Part shown: positions 48,102 through 61,464 of the stretch, piece after piece
Layout of the letters: the number at the start of each line of letters is the position of its first letter
Position numbering within the stretch: the stretch's first letter is position 1
NCBI RefSeq assembly: GCF_003918875.1
Contig: NW_025765115.1
Location: 434,001-498,000, forward strand
Reading direction: 5' to 3'
DNA length: 64,000 bases
Source: Haliotis rubra
Lineage: Eukaryota
Notes under the pieces: generated by a model
The model's input: the letters and a program-made list of their open reading frames with translations, nothing else
Databases searched by the model: none
What the model was told of the DNA's origin: nothing
Position numbers and translations under genes: made by a program

Positions 48102-51100
48102 GCCTAATGACATGGAACTGTAGAGGATTCACGTCCTCAGCTGCATATCTCACTGACTGTCTGCAGACATTCTCGGTTGATATATGTGCTCTTACAGAAC
48201 ATCAGTTGCATCAACGCAACGTATGTCTACTGTCACATTTACCACCTGACTATTCTTTTCTTGTAAAATGTTTTGGTGATCATGATGATCTTCCAGAAAA
48301 TTACTTCCCAGCACGGGGAGGAGTTGCTTTAATCCTGTCACAACGTGTGGCACCATACACACAACTGATTGATACAGATTATGACTTTGTAATAGGTGCA
48401 GAGATACATATACCAAATAGCCGACCATTGGTGATATTGTCGGTGTATTTACCTGCAATAACACAACCCTTGAAAAACTTAATGTGAGCTGTTGACGTTC
48501 TAGAGGGTTTGATGCAGTCATTCTGTGAAGAATATACAGTTATTGTAATGGGGGACTTCAACACCAATGTTACAGGACCTAGATGTGACTTCCAGCCAGA
48601 TTCCAGAAGCAGACGACTTCTTCACCTGCTGTCATCCTTCGACATGGTATCCATAGTAACACAAAGTGAGTGTCAAGGACCAAACTGGACCTTCTGTTCA
48701 TATGATGGGGGACCTAAGACACTCATTGATCACGTGTTAGTATCACAGAATGACCAAATTAACGTTACTCATGCCAGAGTACTTGATGATCATGGATTCA
48801 ATGTCTCGGATCATCACCCCATTGTATGTGGATTTGCGTTAGATACTGCCTTGCCACATCATATTGACAATGAAGCGAAACATAGAGTTGCGTGGGAGAA
48901 AGCTCGTGACCGTGGTATCATCCGTGATTATACATTTGCTGTGTCACATATCCTGTGGCCGTTGCCGGTTGTAGATGTCAACTGTGGTGAAGAGGGGCTA
49001 AACCTATACTATGAGACAATTGTCGCCTGTTTGATAAATGCTGCTACTGATACACTTCCTCTGAAACGGTTCCAGAAAACATCTAAAGCCCTACTGGACA
49101 GATTGCGTAAAAGTCTCCCATAGGGACATGACTATGGCAAGAACAAGGTGGAAGCAAGAGGGACGTCCCAGAGGCATGCAACACATATCATTCAAGGAGT
49201 ACAAGATGAATAAAGACAAATTTAGGAGAGAGATGAGACAGGCTGCAAATAATGTGATATCTCAATGGATGAGTGACCTTGAGAAATCATCTGAACTGAA
49301 TCAAAAAGCTTTCTGGCACCTGGTGAACCGAAGGTTGAAAGGATCCCGTGACAAAGTGATCACACCAATTCAAGTAGAAGGGGTCACATACAGCAACCCT
49401 GATGATGTGCTTGAAAAATGGGCTTCTCACTTTGAAACTGTCTTTCAGTCATCAGATAAGCCTCATTTTGATGAATGTTTTAAACGCAACATCGAAAGTC
49501 AGGTTTCTGAGATAAGGAAACTGTGCAACGCCGACACATCTGATCCCTGTCATATCACACTTAATGAAGTTGAGGCAGTGTGCAAGAAGCTAAAAAATGG
49601 AAAATCAGGTGGAATTGATGGATTAGTATATGAGCATCTGAAGTTTGGAGGGAGAACATTAATGCATCACCTGAGCTGTCTATATAACCTTGTCATTCAA
49701 ACTGGTTTCATTCCACGAGCCTGGAAGCGTAGTGTTATCCTGCCACTACATAAAGGAGGCGGCAAATCAAAGAAAGACCCAAACTGTTATCGCGGTATTT
49801 CATTAAGCCCCGTAATAGAGAAAGTCTTTGAAATGGCCCTACTGCCACACTTAAACGCTCTGCGCCAGGATAACAATTTCCCTAACAAACAGCAGATGGC
49901 TTACCAGGAAAGTCTCTGTTCAACTCACGCTTCGTTCAACCTGCAGGAGACAGTTCAGCACTACCAAGAGCGAGGCAGCGACGTTCATGTGCTATTTCTT
50001 GACAGCTGTAAAGCATTCGACAGTGTGTGGCATGATGGTTTGCGGAAGAAGTTGAAGTTGTATGATGGTGGAGTAAAAGGAAAACTGTGGACTGTTATAG
50101 ACAAGCTGTACCATGATATGGAGAGCTGTGTATTGATAGGTAACATGCAATCGAGGTGGTTCACTCTTCAACAAGGCGTACGTCAGGGTGGAGTGTTGTC
50201 TGCAAGGCTGTATCTGCTGTATATCAACCAACTCTTGGACGATATTACTGAATCGAAGAAGGGTGCCCTGATTATGGATTTGAACACAGAATGTCCAACT
50301 CAAGCCGATGACGTAGCCTTGGTGAGTTCCTGTACCAGTAATCTCAGCTCCCTCCTGAGAATTGCAGAAAACTACAGTAGGTTGTGGCGCTTCACATTCT
50401 CCTCTAGTAAGACTGAGCGCGTTACATTTGGGGCTAGCAGAAAATCTAAAGTTGTTGCTGACGACCTCTCCTTATATGGGTGTCTACTACCAACAGTTAA
50501 CCAAGTCAAACATGTCGGCATTATACTCTCTGACAGGTTTAATTCAATGGAAAGAACACTAGACGCATGTACTAAGATCAGATCCTATGCTTACACAATG
50601 TCAAGGAAAGGATTGAATCCATCTCTGGTGTCTCCCATTGTCTGTCTGAAACTGATCCAGAAAGTAGCTCTACCAAAGTGTCTTTTCGGTAGTGAGCTGT
50701 GGAACTCTCTCAGTCAGACTGAGATTCTTATGCTTGAACGTTCCTACAGGCATGTCATAAAGACGATCCAAGGCCTCCCAAAGAGAACTAGGACTGATGT
50801 GTGTCTTGGTCTCCTGGGTTTACTACCTCTGGAAGCTGAGATAGATAAAAAGAAACTCTTGTTTGCCGGAAACCTCATAAACATGAACACATCTTACCTT
50901 CCACACCAGGTGTTTCTGACAAGGCTACTGTGCTTTGTTCATGGTGTGTGTGCACAACCGAGAGGTTTCATTCCTGATCTGATGAGACTCCTCCAGAAGT
51001 ATCAGTTGACAAATGTGCTAGAAGACTACTTGTCAACTGGCATATTTCCACGTAAGGCTTCTTGGAAACAAAGTGTGAAAGCCGCTGTTTGGAAGTTCTA

Positions 51101-51566
51101 TTCCGCCTCTTGGACTGATAGGATAACGGTTGAACCAGATCTCCAGTGGTTCGCACAGATACACAGAGATCTGTGTGTTCATCCAGCATGGACATTGTCA
51201 CGGGAAGACCACCTGTACCGAACCTCGTCCAAGTTCCTGGTGCAGTTATGTTCCAGCATTAGATACATTAAAGATGCTGTGTACCTGTGTGAGAAGTGTG
51301 GACGGTTATATAGTGATCCGTGTGTTCATGCTGTCGTGCAGTGTGATAATTTACTCTCTGTGAGAGATCAGCTGTGGTGTGAACTGATCAATATTGGTCC
51401 TGTGGACTTCAGTGTATGGTTCCACAACTTGTCAGACATTGAGATGGTGTTGTGTCTTCTGTCATGTAGCCCTCAGTATGGACTTAATGCAGAGGATCAG
51501 AGAACATTTACTAGTGTGGCTGTAAGGTACATTCATCTGATGTGCAGAGAAGTCACACAGCACTAA
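48089..51566 (+). pseudogene. LINE ORF2: apurinic-like endonuclease + reverse transcriptase
   Basis: TWNCRG, LTEH, GDFN, IDH, SDHHP (EN); YRGISL, KAFDSVWH, GVRQGGVLS, QADD (RT); in-frame TGA at 48485 and a frameshift near 49075. Confidence 0.93.
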
Positions 51567-52269
51567 GCAGTGCAGCCAGCTTTCTGAGAGACTCTATTTC
51601 ACATAACAATGTGACTGTGGTGTAAATATTACCTTTTTGCAACTTGTACTTGTACTCTCCCAACTTGGAGGATAAATAAAGAATATATATCACAGACAAA
51701 ACTCAATGTCTTGTTTTATTGACACCTGTGTGTCTGCCTGCCTGTCTGCTAATGACAATATTCAATACACAACTGCAATCACTGACCACATGCAATTTGA
51801 ACTTAACACCAATCAGGCTATACACCATAAACAAAATGCATTGATTTATGGCCCGAGTTCGGTCTCTGTCACATTATGTAATTACACAGACAGGCAGGTG
51901 TGATACTTGAACACATGACATGTTATGATGTCTGTTGATTGCAAAATGTTATACACAAAAAATGAGCATGTATTTACAAAACCCAACATCTCTATATATA
52001 CACACACAATGAGCCGTGAAGGCGGCATCTGCTAATGAACCAGCCGTTACACTTGAGTGCACACCCACCCGCTCTGACTGGGTTCGGTATCCCGGCTGCT
52101 TGGTTTCGAGGGAGGTAAACCCAAGTACAAAATATTGCACTTTTGATTTGCGATTATACGCTTATAATTTTGTTTATTTGTTTTTTCATAATCAGCAATG
52201 CATATTATATGTCATGAAGAAGTGATAATTGTGCTTTAATTATGTTTGATTTGTTGGTTGCATGTGACC

Positions 52270-52473
52270 TTTAACAATTATTGCTTTATAATTCCCAGGT
52301 ATTAATTAAACAATAGTTTACATTGTACATATAGTCTCTCGTAACCCTCAATGGGTGGCTCGTAAAGGATAGTTTGTTTTAATGACTTGTCAATTGTTTT
52401 ATTTTGTAAATACGAGGTGAGACTTTAATAAAATATCTGTCTGTCTGTCTTGAAAGAAATCACACACCTTGTT
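52270..52473 (+). repeat. 204-bp direct repeat, copy 2
   Basis: Matches 46874-47077. Confidence 0.92.
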
Positions 52474-53420
52474 GAACTGTGTCACTACAGCTGAGCAGTT
52501 AATCTTTTCAGTCAATTACGACGTATACTATGTAGCACGCGCAGAACCCCCCCGCACACACACACACACACAACACACACACACAACAACTGACTGACTG
52601 ACTGACTCAGTTTGGTTTTACGCCGCTTTTAGCAATATTCCAGCAACATCACGGCGGGTACACACAACAACGTCCCATGAGGTATTGCTGCAATTTTCGA
52701 TTTTGAGCTAATGTGCAATCCATCGTCCGCTTCTGGAGACAAATGGATAGCAGCAGTCCATGTGTCCAAAAATATAAACATTCAATGTTCCCCTGTACAA
52801 TGTATCCTGATGAGTTGCATTCGGCACGACTGTTCACGCTTCTCACTGTAACTTATCTATCCTGACAATGTACATGGTGACAAGTATACCTGAACATGTG
52901 GAAATGTTACATTCTACTGAAATCAAAACATTACCGCCGAGTTGAATGTAATGAAATGACATTGTTCCTGACAAAATATTTACAGAAGTTTTGAAAAAAG
53001 TGTCCTTACTTTATATAAGAATTATCTTTTACTTTGAACACGTGCATGCATGGCGTGTTGCACTTATGGTTCAATCAATAAATCTTTGATGTACGCTATA
53101 AGTGTTCAAGAATGAACAAATTTCCACTTACAGGAATTGTTATTGATAAAATAGGACACGTTATTGCAAAGAGTAAAATATGATATCAAAATATAACTAT
53201 TAATGTTTTGTCTTGAATTTCAAAAACCTTCTCACGTCATGCGTGTACAATCATCAGAATAGTAATAAAATATACTAACATAACAATACGAGATGTCCCT
53301 ATCAGAACACAAATCGCAGCTATCTCAAACCAATGTTTATGTTTCCGGGACATTATTTGTAACAGACGAGTGAGTACATGCTATTATGTTTAAAAATCGA
53401 TACGCAAGCTAGTACGATTG

Positions 53421-53641
53421 CACCCGAGAAAATTCGGGGAAGAATTGGTCTTCGGTAACACATGCTTGTCGTAAGCCTCTTACGGGATCGGGTGGTCAAG
53501 CTCTCTGACTTCTTTGACACATGTCATCATATCCCAATTGTGTACACCGATGCTCGTGATGTTGATCACTGGATTGTCTGGTCCAGTCATTATTTTGTAC
53601 AGAACATTGCTGAGTGCTGCTTTAAACAACAAACAAACAAA
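53421..53641 (+). mobile_element. SINE family 2 (diverged; other diverged or partial copies near 405, 20860, 22260, 43910, 44545)
   Basis: catgcttgtcgtaag...gggatcgggtggtcaagct...(aaac)n tail. Confidence 0.75.
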
Positions 53642-56600
53642 CTAGTACGATTGATACTAGGTAAGTACCAACAACAACATTTGTACTGATTTAGAGTGAT
53701 CCATTAATCTGCTTTGGACTTCGAAATAAAAGAAAAGGAAGAATCACGGTTGAAACTCCCAACAATCCAACAAACTACTTTAACAGTGGATGTTATACTT
53801 TCAATTCACCAAACGATAGGGGAAACATAACACACGTGCCGGATAAATCGTGAATTGTGTATTCATGGTGTATGACGGATTATGAAAATCACACTTATTC
53901 CAAAATACATAGTTAACGACAACTTCAACTGTGCAGAACCGTTTTTACAAGGTGTGTTCGTGTGCACCACGTTTCTTCTCCCTACCATGTTCCAATAACC
54001 AATGTGTGTACACAATACGGCTACATATAATATCTAACGGTAGCTAATGCGCTGTTAACAACAGGGTGATACATAACGAATCTCATCAGTGTCTCATACA
54101 GAAATTCAAACTATCATCAAAAGACGATGAAAGCTAAAGAAACCACTTTTCTCGATGAGTGCACAAAAATTTGATATCGAAAGATACATGTGTGACATTT
54201 TCTTATCCGATAATGGCGGTATAATATAATGTAATGATTAGAACGTTGAAACGTAAATGACTGATTGAATGTTTTGGGGCCTAGTCACTTTTGTAGATAG
54301 CTACGAAATCTTATGAACTCACTACCTATATAATTAAATTGCATAATTATGATTTTAAATTGAAAACATCCATTGAAACGAAGCATCGATCGCTCTTGTT
54401 GAAAAAGGTAAAAAACTTTTCAGTTAAGACATATCGCAAGCGAATTGGAGAAGCGACGTTTCTTAATGAGGTGTCAATGAAAACTGGCGGCTCCCTGTAT
54501 AGCTTATCTTCTGTGTTGTGAGAACACGACTAGCTGTTCAAGTTCTAGTTAATTTATTTACCAAAACCACTCACAGTGGTACATAGTACATTCAAGCATT
54601 AATGGTGATACAATATTACAACAAGGCAATATCATTAAAGTTTTGAAAGATTTTCTTAGATACATTTAATATATTTACTTAGCTTATCAATAATTATGTA
54701 ATTTCTTTCCTTAAAAAGGGTATGAAATTTGAAATAATTAGGTCTTGTACAACACTATTGTGGTAATAACTTACTTAGTTCTCAATATAAGGTGGTGTAA
54801 ATGTTATGTTTCTAATAATAGCAACTTCATACTTGGTCGTTTGTCTAAGCAATGTTCCATCATAATAATTACATTGACAAAACCCCGTACCCTGGAACTG
54901 GAGACGTACCTGGGTGATGGGGGACGGGGCAAATAGACAATTAACATTGATATCAATGTCGTTGGTGACCACCATTTGCCCTGAAGATACCAGATGATTG
55001 AAAGCAGTGTTGGTGATGATTCTCCACATTTACACGAAGTGGCGAGATTACCCAGTACTATGTAGGTATTTCACATCTACTTTTTATCATTTGTGCCACC
55101 CCACGAATTGTACCAGGTTTTACATTTTATTGGTACCTTTAGGTAGCTCATGTTCAGCTGCTTATCTTGGTGCCTACATCTTGCAGCAAAAATCTCCCTA
55201 TTGCTAGTAGTGTTGTCACTGTTTTAAAACAAAATACAATTTTCATATTCCTTGGGGCATTTAGTAGTCGCTTCAAGCCAGCGCTGGTCGTTTTTTGCCA
55301 CCTTCAAGGATAACTATCACCAAGAGTCGCTGGAGGGAATCTAGTCGTACTGCTACTGAGCGGTCAGGTCAAAACTTGTCTTCGCTACTAACTATTTTAA
55401 AGTTGGATATTGATCTTATTCTGACTTACGTCTGCTGGTACTGATCTAAACCAATTGGCTGCGGTGTTATATTCAGGATCCCCTATTTCTAATAATCTCT
55501 AGATGACCAATCTTCCCTTGATCACCTAGTTTGAGTCGAGAACCGTTTTATTGGTGTTAGTAAGTTACTCAACACGTCAAGTATCCGTATGTTTTAGAAA
55601 TCTGAAGGTTCAGTCCAAACAACTTTATGTTGTAAGACTAGCCTTTTATTAACTTGTTACTGTGTAAAAGAATATTTTAGGTTCACGCTTTGTGAAAGGC
55701 TTTCCTAATTACCAAAGCCAAGGTTAATCGCTCTTAATGGTAAATCCCAGCTGATGACTGATCTTAGCCGACTAATGAGTTGTCTACTTCAGCGGGAGGT
55801 GTTAGCTACCTTTGTTAATAGGGGCTGTAGCGTTGCTTAGCTGATCATCCTTGTCAGTGTTGATTAGAGCTTTGGCCCTTTATAATTTGCGTTACTTGTC
55901 TTTAATTACTGTTTGTTGGTACTAATAAAACCGTGAATCTTTGCCACGTTTTCTAGTATTAGTATATTCTTATTTAAGGACCCTAATCTCAGAAGCACAC
56001 CCCATTTGGAGCTCAAGGTAAACGTTCCTAGTGTTTGGAGTAGTATTCATGTATATCATGAAAGTTAACTTTAATCAGATACGGATAATGATTTCATATA
56101 AAAACGCACGTGATTAGTAATCAGCTCTAGGAGGTTTTAAGTTGAGCGTATGATATAGGATTAATGATGCTCTTCAGACGTATGTACTTAATACGAATTT
56201 TTTCCCAAACCCATGGTATTCATGTAACTCCATTAGGCAGGAAATGGCATTCTCCAACAATCTGTCATGTTTGGAAGACTCTCAGTGCGACTAACATTTA
56301 CTGCATCTGGAGTAGTTCACGTAATGACATTCTGTTAGTACAAGATCTATTGGAGCAAAATGTTGCCTCAATCATTCTATTTATCTGTAATTTGAGAAGT
56401 CAATAATTTCACTTCTGTGAGTACTTCTCCCAAGACAAAGCCATCAGTAAAGCTTAGCATTTTGAAGGATGCAATCGCAATGATGACAAGATGTATTGAA
56501 CTTGTCCTGTTCACATGCTGTAGGGGTGATGAACAGCATTCGCTCTAAATAATGGTTAGTAAATATGAATGATTTAAGACAAATTTTCGGATGACCAAAA

Positions 56601-57227
56601 CTGGAACTTGCTTCTAGTTACAACAATTCTGGATGACAATTTGCTCATAGTAACTACGGGCGAGGAGGCAGCAGAGGAACATTATTGCCACTGGGTTGTG
56701 TCATTAAGAAAGGGGCGCGAGTCTGATTTCTAACCAAAATATCTTTTCGATCAATCAGTGGTGTCGATCTGTCTTTCGTGATACCATACTCGGACACTTG
56801 CGTGCCCTATCACTATAAATCTCCTTGAGTGGCAGAAGGAAATCAACAGGATCTTTCCCATGGTAAAAGCATAAGTTCCAAGGCGCGTCAAACTAAATAC
56901 ATCAATATGGTGGGCAATTGGAAGAAATTCTACTTTACCCCAGGGATCATTAAGTCTGTTTTCAGTATCTCTTTGAGTATATCCGTGAGGGGAGTTATAT
57001 TTTTAATTTACAAAACGTAATGTTCAAATGCAGGAAAGTCAAAAGCAGTTTGGAGTGATATATATATCCCAGTAATTTACTATCTTCCAGCTATAGTCTT
57101 TATTCGAATTTCTTTATTCGACAATCCAGTGACGCGATAGCGTAATTACTGATTTTGATAAAGCGACACCCAATGTTTGTATTTTTGAAGTGCGCTTGAT
57201 GGTGACGATTGCTTCTTTGGGATTTAT

Positions 57228-57615
57228 CAGTAAAGAAAAATGTTCAAGAAATATGTTGGCTTTTCAGCACAGTGGGCGTTGTTGAGGTAAAGTACAATGG
57301 TTGAGAGTAAAGAAAAACATTCAAGAAATAGGTTGGCTTTGCAGCAGAGTGGGCTTGTTGAGGTAAAGTACAATGGTTGAGAGTAAAGAAAAACGTCCAT
57401 GAGACATGTTCGCTTTGCAGCACAGTGGGGCTTGTTGAGGTAAAGTACAATTGCTGAGAGTAAAGAAAAACGTCCATGAGACATGTTCGCTTTGCAGCAC
57501 AGTGGGGCTTGTTGAGTTAAAGTTCAATGGTTGAGAGTAAAGAAAAACGTTCATGAGACATGTTCGCCTTGCAGTACAGTGGGGGTTGTTGAGACGTTGA
57601 GGTAAAGTACAATTG
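57228..57615. repeat. About 77-bp minisatellite, about 5 copies
   Basis: gagagtaaagaaaaacgtccatgagacatgttcgctttgcagcacagtggggcttgttgaggtaaagtacaatggtt. Confidence 0.92.
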
Positions 57616-60494
57616 GCAACGCACTTAATCCCTCATAATGTGTATTGACTCTGTATGTCCTTGTGTTGAAATGAAAGTTTGTAAAACGCAATTTGCCCAA
57701 AGAATGAATCTGTTGAAACACATAAACATTGATAATGAACAACATGCCAGTGCATTAACGATGATTATCATGTTGTGGACGTCTATTATGGCGCTGCCAT
57801 CAGCACTAACTATGACTACTATCCCGGCCGTCGTGAAATTCTGTATCAACCAAGCCCACATGTTGACTGATTGTATTTGTCAGTAGAGGTTAGCCCTGTC
57901 TATCTCACCGTACATATTGGACCCAGAGGGACCTGGCTTTCCAAGATAACGTATTTAACTGCGCATCGTCGGATGTAACTAGAATGGATTATTATTTATT
58001 TCGGCTGACTATGTATACACCGAACCGTGGACATTAGTAATGAAGGAATATAGATTGTGTGGAACATGAATAGAAATGCCGTTCTTCGGATCAATTAAAG
58101 CGGAGGTTAAAGTGTTGAATACACGTAATAGAAGAACACAGTTACGCCATATTTAGTCAATACGGAATCGCATTATCGAACATTTGTTTTTTTCAAGGTT
58201 CTCGAAGGTCTTCATGGTCCCTGATTGGGTTGCTGGTGATCCCTGGACTGTTTCTTGTATATTGTGTCGTTAAATGGTAGTTTGATTTTCTTACACGCTC
58301 TTAAACTAGATTTAGTTTTAGATAAAATCTGTGATAGTCTAGTTATTGTACTTTAATATGCTGACGTGATTTTAGACAGCCCAAATATTTTGTTGTCATT
58401 TCAAATTTCATTCACTCACTTTCAAGGTTCATGATTTTAACAACCCAAGTCGTGGTAATTAAAACACACGAGATGTATGGGCTGTTTCACAATGCATTAT
58501 CACACACATGGTGAGCTTTGCATGACTGAGCGCTCCCGTCACTATGTGGCCGTCATAGTGCCGATGTGGTGATAAATGTTTACTCACCCACTAACTTAGA
58601 ACTGAGAGCTGGTTACATTCATAAACATTTAAACAAAAGTTGGATTTATCATGTTGTTTAGCTTTGGTTTAAAAAATGAGGGAATGAATTTAACGTGTGA
58701 TGCCATCTACATTTGCCTGAAAGAATGTTTCGAATTTGTGGTGGTGTTCTAATAAACGTTGCATGTTTTATCTTTTGGCCAGCGTATTTCTTCCAAAGAT
58801 GACAGTGCAGAATTCAAGGAATTAAAACATATACTGGACAGATGAATTATTAATTTACCACCTTTGAGAGGGCGAATGTGGAATGCGCAACTGAAGGCAT
58901 TGATACCATATCCCTAGGCACATAATTGTTACACAATAAATGAGGACTTAAAATGCACATTATTTAAAAAACATGACTACTAGCCTAACGTTTTGCGCAT
59001 ATTCATATTCGAGCAAGAATTACTTCAAGAATGTACACACTAATATTGTACTTATACTAGCGAGTACAAATTGAGATAAGTGATTGCTTTACTTTTGACA
59101 TTGTTGGTATATAAGAGACGACAAACCATGTGTTTGACTACACGAGATGCCTAAGCAAACTGATAAGGTCTTTATCTATCCCTGGAAGGAATCTTACAAC
59201 CAATTATTTGTTCCAAGTATTGATATTCAGATGACAAAGACTCGCGATTCCAAGATACAACATGCTCTCCGACTAATTAGCCGTATATAAACATGACATT
59301 TAGGATAGTTTTCCACTGCTAGGAAGGTGCATGTTCTTTAAATATTTAGTCAGTAATCTCACAAGGATGTGGTAGGATGTAACAACGTATTAGGTGAGTT
59401 GTCATGCCAACTACAAGTAATTGCTTCTAAAAATACCCCCAAAAGTTATGGTACCGGTGTGAAGATCAATGGCAGTATTTCTAGTGCCTAAGTGTTCAAT
59501 ACATAAACGTTGAAATAACTCATACAATTAATATGCAATGTACATGTAAAAGAGATTTCCAACTTCATAATCAAATTTTAGAATTAAATCCTAAGGAAGT
59601 CTTCAGCTGATGTTTTCATTTCCTGCATTCTAAAGTTTTATCACCCGCATGCCATGAATATAAATTACAATAGCTGTTCCATTCCCTGGAGAAAGCATTT
59701 TGTCTCCATCAAGTACATTGATTATTGGCTCTTAGCATAGAATACAGTGAAGTGATTTGCTGTATGGAGTTATCGGTTCGTTGAAAAGGAGACGTTCAGC
59801 TCAGAGAAGATTTGGGTACTGGTACATATAATCCTTAGTCCTGAGTGAAGGAGGAGGGATTTTTCGCCGTTTTCAGCAATATTCCAGCAATATCACAGCA
59901 CATATCTGCTTATATCATCGGTGGTCACAATTATTGTGAAAATATAGGAGTATGTTATACTGTTTGTTTTTACAGAAGAAGAATATCTTCAGAGGGACTC
60001 GTATTTCTTCTAGATTAGGATACTTTGGCATTGGACACATAGGAAAGATAAAGTAAATAGCACCGACAAAATCATTTCCATAATAATTAGAAATATGCCA
60101 TATCATTGTTGTGTTACCAGCTGTTACCATGGTAATGTATTAGCCGCAGGTTTGCTGAAGCAGTTGTTTCGTTTACAATATTACCGGTGGAACTCATTGA
60201 GGTACAGTTTAGGGGCATAGACATGAAAAGCATGATCAATTTGCGTTTAAGATGTTGTACTAAACGAACCTGTATCGCTTACCAGCTTTCTGTATCCACT
60301 TGATACAGCGGATATGTAAAGAGGATTGGAGTAGGGACTTAGTTTCGTGTTGACTAATACCCAGGGTTCAGTCAGTACCCACCCGGTGTTTCTTAAACAT
60401 TGGATGATAGCACTTGATGCAGCAGTGGCGGAGAAATGTTGTTATATTGTAACTGGAAAGTCTCCCCAACCACGTCATATTTATACACATACTA

Positions 60495-60650
60495 GTGATT
60501 GAATGAGTATGGGTTTACGTCGCTTTAAGGAATGTCACGGCGGGGGGACACCAGAAATGGGCTTCACACATTGTAAACATGTGGGGAATCGAACCCGGGT
60601 CCTTGGTGTGACGAGCGGACGCTTTAACCACTAGGCTACCCTACCGCCCC
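60495..60650 (-). mobile_element. tRNA-derived SINE family 1 (further partial copies near 44805, 52600, 59865, 62500)
   Basis: Reverse complement of the consensus. Confidence 0.85.
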
Positions 60651-60970
60651 GATGTGTTCAGAAAGCAATATAGATATTTCTGGAAAAGCGCCCCTATACA
60701 GATATAAGTAGTAAAGATAGATTTTATTTGGACTTGTAGATAGCTAGAACGTAGCGCATTACAGCATGTTCTCTTGGCACCGGGGGAAAACACACCACAC
60801 CTACCCCCCTCCAACAACAACAACAACAACAACAACAAATAGCACACATACCAAAAACACCAAAAACCAACACACGCGTGTACCAATACCACCTATCATC
60901 ACATCTGACTTAATATAACATTCCATTTGCTGATTCTTGGTTTTGTGTACAAAACGTCTGTTTGTTGCAG

Positions 60971-61236
60971 GTTTTGGTCTGTTGGAAAGCGGCTCAGTCT
61001 CCAGCAAGAACGAGGTGAACATCATGGTAAAGAACGCCGTGGATGTAATCTGCGGGGACTCACATACTGGATGTTTGGTTATGGACTGAGTTTTGGTGAA
61101 GATGAACGCGGTGCTACCCCTTTCAATGGCTGGGGGGACTTTTTTGTCACGGCAGATGAAGAAAGTTTAGGATACGTGTATTCAAAGTTCTTTTTCCAGG
61201 CGTCGTTTGCCACGACCGCTACTACTATCGTTTCAG
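60971..61236 (+). CDS. amt: Amt gene C exon 2 (1-nt frameshift in a G run near 61054; sequencing error or pseudogenisation)
   Basis: Acceptor ttgcag|; GFGLLESGSVSSKNEVNIMVKNAVDVIC-(shift)-GLTYWMFGYGLSFG...FQASFATTATTIVS; donor G|GTAACC; 266 nt, one short of the required 267. Confidence 0.88.
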
Positions 61237-61307
61237 GTAACCGACATTTATGCTACCTAATTTGTTTGTTTACTTGTTCTTTAACGTTGCACGGTAAATA
61301 ATGGAAC

Positions 61308-61464
61308 TTGGACCAATCCAGTGATTGATATCATGAGCATCGATGACGCAATCGGGATACGATGACATTTGTGAAGCAATACAGTGAGTCTGACAATCCC
61401 TTTAGTCGCCCCTTACGACGAGCAGGGGTTGCTGAAGACCAATTCTAACCCGGATCTTCACGGG
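61308..61464 (-). mobile_element. SINE family 2
   Basis: ttagtcgccccttacgac...cccggatcttcacggg. Confidence 0.82.

Larger units (their letters stand above)
47078..51690 (+). mobile_element. Near full-length non-LTR retrotransposon (ORF1 + APE endonuclease/RT ORF2; Proto2/RTEX-like by inference)
   Basis: ORF1 47094-48101, ORF2 48089-51566, AATAAA near 51676 and short (AT) tail. Confidence 0.92.

Noticed and set aside
41300-60970. Additional alternative TM1 exons (a larger variable-exon array)
   Set aside because: A scan by eye for WIL...MQSG|GT here and upstream of genes A and B found no more copies; tBLASTn would be needed to exclude diverged ones.
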